A DNA stretch of 59,141 bases from Eubacteriales bacterium (GTDB lineage: Bacteria; Bacillota; Clostridia; Oscillospirales; CAG-272), in the NCBI GenBank assembly GCA_051867975.1, contig JBJDZM010000023.1:1-59141 (forward strand). Reading direction: 5' to 3'. Position numbers and translations under genes: made by a program. Shown here piece after piece: positions 57,000 to 59,141 of this stretch. A model generated the notes under the pieces. The model was not told where the DNA came from. It was given only the letters and a program-made list of their open reading frames with translations, and made no database searches. How positions within the stretch are numbered: the stretch's first letter is position 1; the number at the start of each line of letters is the position of its first letter.

Positions 57000-57869
57000 T
57001 CAAAGCGCGACAAACATGTCGACAAGTCTGTGTGCCGCGTCTGCCATGTTCTTCATGCCGACCTCGATATTGTCGGGCGTGAAGTCGGAAAGATATGTGT
57101 CGGCTTCAAGGGTGAAATATCCTCGGTAGTCTATCTCCTTTAGAGCTTTGACAACGTCCTCAAAGTCGATATTCAGGGAAAAAGGTATCTGGTGCGAATC
57201 GTGAAGTAGGTCGGTGTCGTGAATGTGAAGCGCCTCGACGTGCTTGCCGAGCGTCAGTAGCATCTCTCGAGGTGACGTGTTGAGTCCTTTCATGGAAGTA
57301 TGACCTATGTCGACGCAGGCAACCAAAAACGGGTCGTTGACTGCATTTATGTGTGCCAAAAAATCATTGTGAAGCGAACAAGCGGCACTTGTTGCGTGTC
57401 CTGCCTCATGGTCCCAGCACCACATATTCTCGGTCGCAATCTTCACACCGTATTCCTTTGCGAAGGGCAAAAGCTCGAAATACATCTCCGCGTTTTTCTC
57501 CGCATTCGCGTAATTGTCGGGGTGGATGACGCAAATCTTCCCGCCTGCAATCGCGGTACATTCGATTGCGCGCCTGAGGTAGTCGAACATGCCCGGAGCG
57601 TACGATGGGAAGGGCGCGTGCGACTGATTGCAGTGGATACCGTTATCCTCGCCGACCTTGCGGAGTTTTTTTGCGAAGGCGGCGTAATTATCAGATGCCA
57701 GCGGATGGTTTGATTCGACGAGCGTTTTGGTCGAGTGGTTGTATATTGCCATATTGAACATGGAAAAATCCCATGCGTCAAATCCGACCTTGGCGTATAG
57801 CTCGATAGCCTTTTCCTCGCCAATATGACGTGCGGCAGAGCCGATTTCAGTGGACGTTAACGGTCTCAT
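57000..57869 (-). CDS. Sugar phosphate isomerase/epimerase (xylose isomerase-like TIM barrel)
   Basis: QSHAPF, VIHP, ATENM, DIGH, LHIHD, DSH, TLE; GGGAGG RBS. Confidence 0.85.
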   Translation of the reverse strand: MRPLTSTEIGSAARHIGEEKAIELYAKVGFDAWDFSMFNMAIYNHSTKTLVESNHPLASDNYAAFAKKLRKVGEDNGIHCNQSHAPFPSYAPGMFDYLRRAIECTAIAGGKICVIHPDNYANAEKNAEMYFELLPFAKEYGVKIATENMWCWDHEAGHATSAACSLHNDFLAHINAVNDPFLVACVDIGHTSMKGLNTSPREMLLTLGKHVEALHIHDTDLLHDSHQIPFSLNIDFEDVVKALKEIDYRGYFTLEADTYLSDFTPDNIEVGMKNMADAAHRLVDMFVAL

Positions 57870-58071
57870 ATTTGTACCTCCCGGGGTAATTTTCGAATTA
57901 ATAGCGTGTTTGTAAAAAAAGAATCGATGGAGCGAGCGTTTCCCGATTAATGCTTTCAAAGCCGAGACAGAGAAGAGCAGTGTTAACGTAAAATTAAGTA
58001 AACTTAATACAGTTAAGCAAAATTAATTCTTGCTTTTCCCGCATTCGTCGAAAAATAATATATCGGGTAGA

Positions 58072-58236
58072 TTATACAACTTGTTTTCTGTCGAGAGTAT
58101 ATGTGTGCTTAACTCCATTTACCGTCTTGCTCGTTCTGATGCCGTTCGCATTATAGGTATATGTATTATTGTCAGCTTTTTGAGTTGACATCCTTTTTCC
58201 CTATGTCAGCGTATGACCGAGATGATATGTCGGGTT
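58072..58236 (-). pseudogene. RHS/YD-repeat fragment
   Basis: Hand translation NPTYHLGHTLT*/EKGCQLKK/DNNTYTYNANGIRTSKTVNGVKHTYTLD with one stop and frameshifts. Confidence 0.75.
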
Positions 58237-58247
58237 AACTTGGGAAA

Positions 58248-58276
58248 ATTATATCATATTTCCGTAAAAAAGTCAA
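58248..58276 (-). promoter_or_regulatory. sigma-A-like promoter in front of the YD fragment
   Basis: TTGACT-17 bp-TATAAT with TG. Confidence 0.6.
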
Positions 58277-58277
58277 C

Positions 58278-58312
58278 AAAAACTCCGCACCTCAAAATGA
58301 AGTGCGGAGAAA
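58278..58312 (-). terminator. Terminator after candidate immunity gene
   Basis: CTCCGCAC/GTGCGGAG stem with T-run on minus strand. Confidence 0.7.
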
Positions 58313-58317
58313 ACAAG

Positions 58318-58725
58318 TTACATGGATAAAATAAATTTCCTTAGGTAATTAATCCTGTTCATATTTCCAAAGTATACGATTACCCAAAACAACAGAGCTA
58401 TAATTCTAATGTGTAAGTATTCATAAGGAGATATCAACATTAGCAAGGTAAATATCGTCAAGAACATAGAGGGACCAATGTATCCGAACAAGAATTCCTT
58501 TTTACATAGTCTTATAATTATTCCATAAAAGCATATATTCGGGTTTGCTCCGCGCAATGAATAGTTGTTTTCAACATTGAATATTGTGATAGTGTTGTCT
58601 TTTACTTTGGCATACAATCCATCCGGGCGATGAAATCCGTTTATCCATGGCTTAGCTCTGCTGATTATTGAACATTTAAAATCAATAGTCTCCGTTGCGG
58701 TAGAAAAACTTTTCAGAATAATCAT
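58318..58725 (-). CDS. Hypothetical AT-rich protein with two C-terminal TM segments; candidate RHS immunity protein
   Basis: AGGAG RBS; starts 3 nt after the stop of the RHS C-terminal remnant. Confidence 0.6.
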   Translation of the reverse strand: MIILKSFSTATETIDFKCSIISRAKPWINGFHRPDGLYAKVKDNTITIFNVENNYSLRGANPNICFYGIIIRLCKKEFLFGYIGPSMFLTIFTLLMLISPYEYLHIRIIALLFWVIVYFGNMNRINYLRKFILSM

Positions 58726-58728
58726 TGT

Positions 58729-59038
58729 TTATACTCCTAACAAAAGCTGAAGTGAGGTTAACAATATCGGTTTTACCGTGCATGCGGCTGCGCCCGGAAT
58801 CTTCACAACGTATGCAGCTATTGGTATCAATTGCGGGACAATACAACAAGCAATAGCAACTGTTAATGCTAACCAGGTGAATAAATCAATATATATTCCG
58901 AAGTGTCAGAATTTATAAACCTACCAACACACTCATCAAAATATCTACTCTGCAGATAATACAAACCAATTTCACGGTCATATAAATATCCACGGTATTA
59001 TTCAGAGCTATACCGCTTGTGTTGAGGGTTATAGTGCA
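58729..59038 (-). pseudogene. RHS repeat-associated core remnant plus hydrophobic C-terminal tip
   Basis: CTITLNTSGIALN/YRGYLYDREIGLYYLQSRYFDECVGRFINSD (from 58997 down), then a different frame IDLFTWLAL...LLLGV*. Confidence 0.8.
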
Positions 59039-59050
59039 GTTGATTTCAGC

Positions 59051-59090
59051 AAAAACAATAGGACATCCCATCGGGGTGTCCTGTAGTTTT
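59051..59090 (-). terminator. Terminator after tRNA
   Basis: AGGACACCCCG/TGGGATGTCCT stem followed by T-rich tail. Confidence 0.7.
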
Positions 59091-59141
59091 TGGCGGAGAA
59101 GGAGAGATTTGAACTCTCGCTCCGGTTACCCGGACTACACC
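59091..59141 (-). tRNA. tRNA-Ser, 3' portion (cut by window edge; anticodon not visible)
   Basis: Long variable arm CCGGGTAACCGG, T-arm GAGAGTTCAAATCTCTC, acceptor CTTCTCC-G-CCA. Confidence 0.8.

Noticed and set aside
1-59141. CRISPR array, cas genes, transposases, rRNA
   Set aside because: No repeat-spacer array or relevant motifs seen by eye.

Overview
Mostly housekeeping chromosome of a spore-forming Clostridia-like (Bacillota) bacterium; the taxon is inferred from spo0A, spoIIP, dacB, ytfJ, T-box and L20 leaders, and sigma-A promoters. Order: prmC-ddl; a GT8/acyltransferase/CrtO-like operon; HAD hydrolase; the lon-engB-S2P-scpAB-ytfI-ytfJ-dacB-rluB-spo0A run (minus strand); infC-rpmI-rplT; a long plus-strand run from a TrmH-family gene through dprA, topA, trmFO, plsX, rnc, smc, ftsY, rdgB, yhbY, nadD-like, yqeK and rsfS; a minus-strand tRNA-synthetase operon (gltX, glnS, pheST, yqgF); an orphan OppA; spoIIP; an XRE/S24 repressor; T-box leuS; rpsU; a polar amino-acid ABC transporter; a sugar-phosphate isomerase; and the 3' half of a tRNA-Ser. 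No CRISPR array, integrase or transposase was seen. Best leads: (1) an apparently circularly permuted amino-acid binding protein; (2) a ~110-bp structured element present twice, 19 kb apart, each copy ending at an RBS; (3) decayed RHS toxin/immunity cassette remnants beside the tRNA-Ser, missed by the ORF track; (4) a carotenoid-free GT8+acyltransferase+CrtO-like operon; (5) a 41-aa YxxP-leader peptide; (6) a phage-like XRE/S24 switch with no phage; (7) an RBS-sequestering hairpin over dacB. All calls come from reading motifs by eye; no searches were run, and many starts were re-picked from RBS position.
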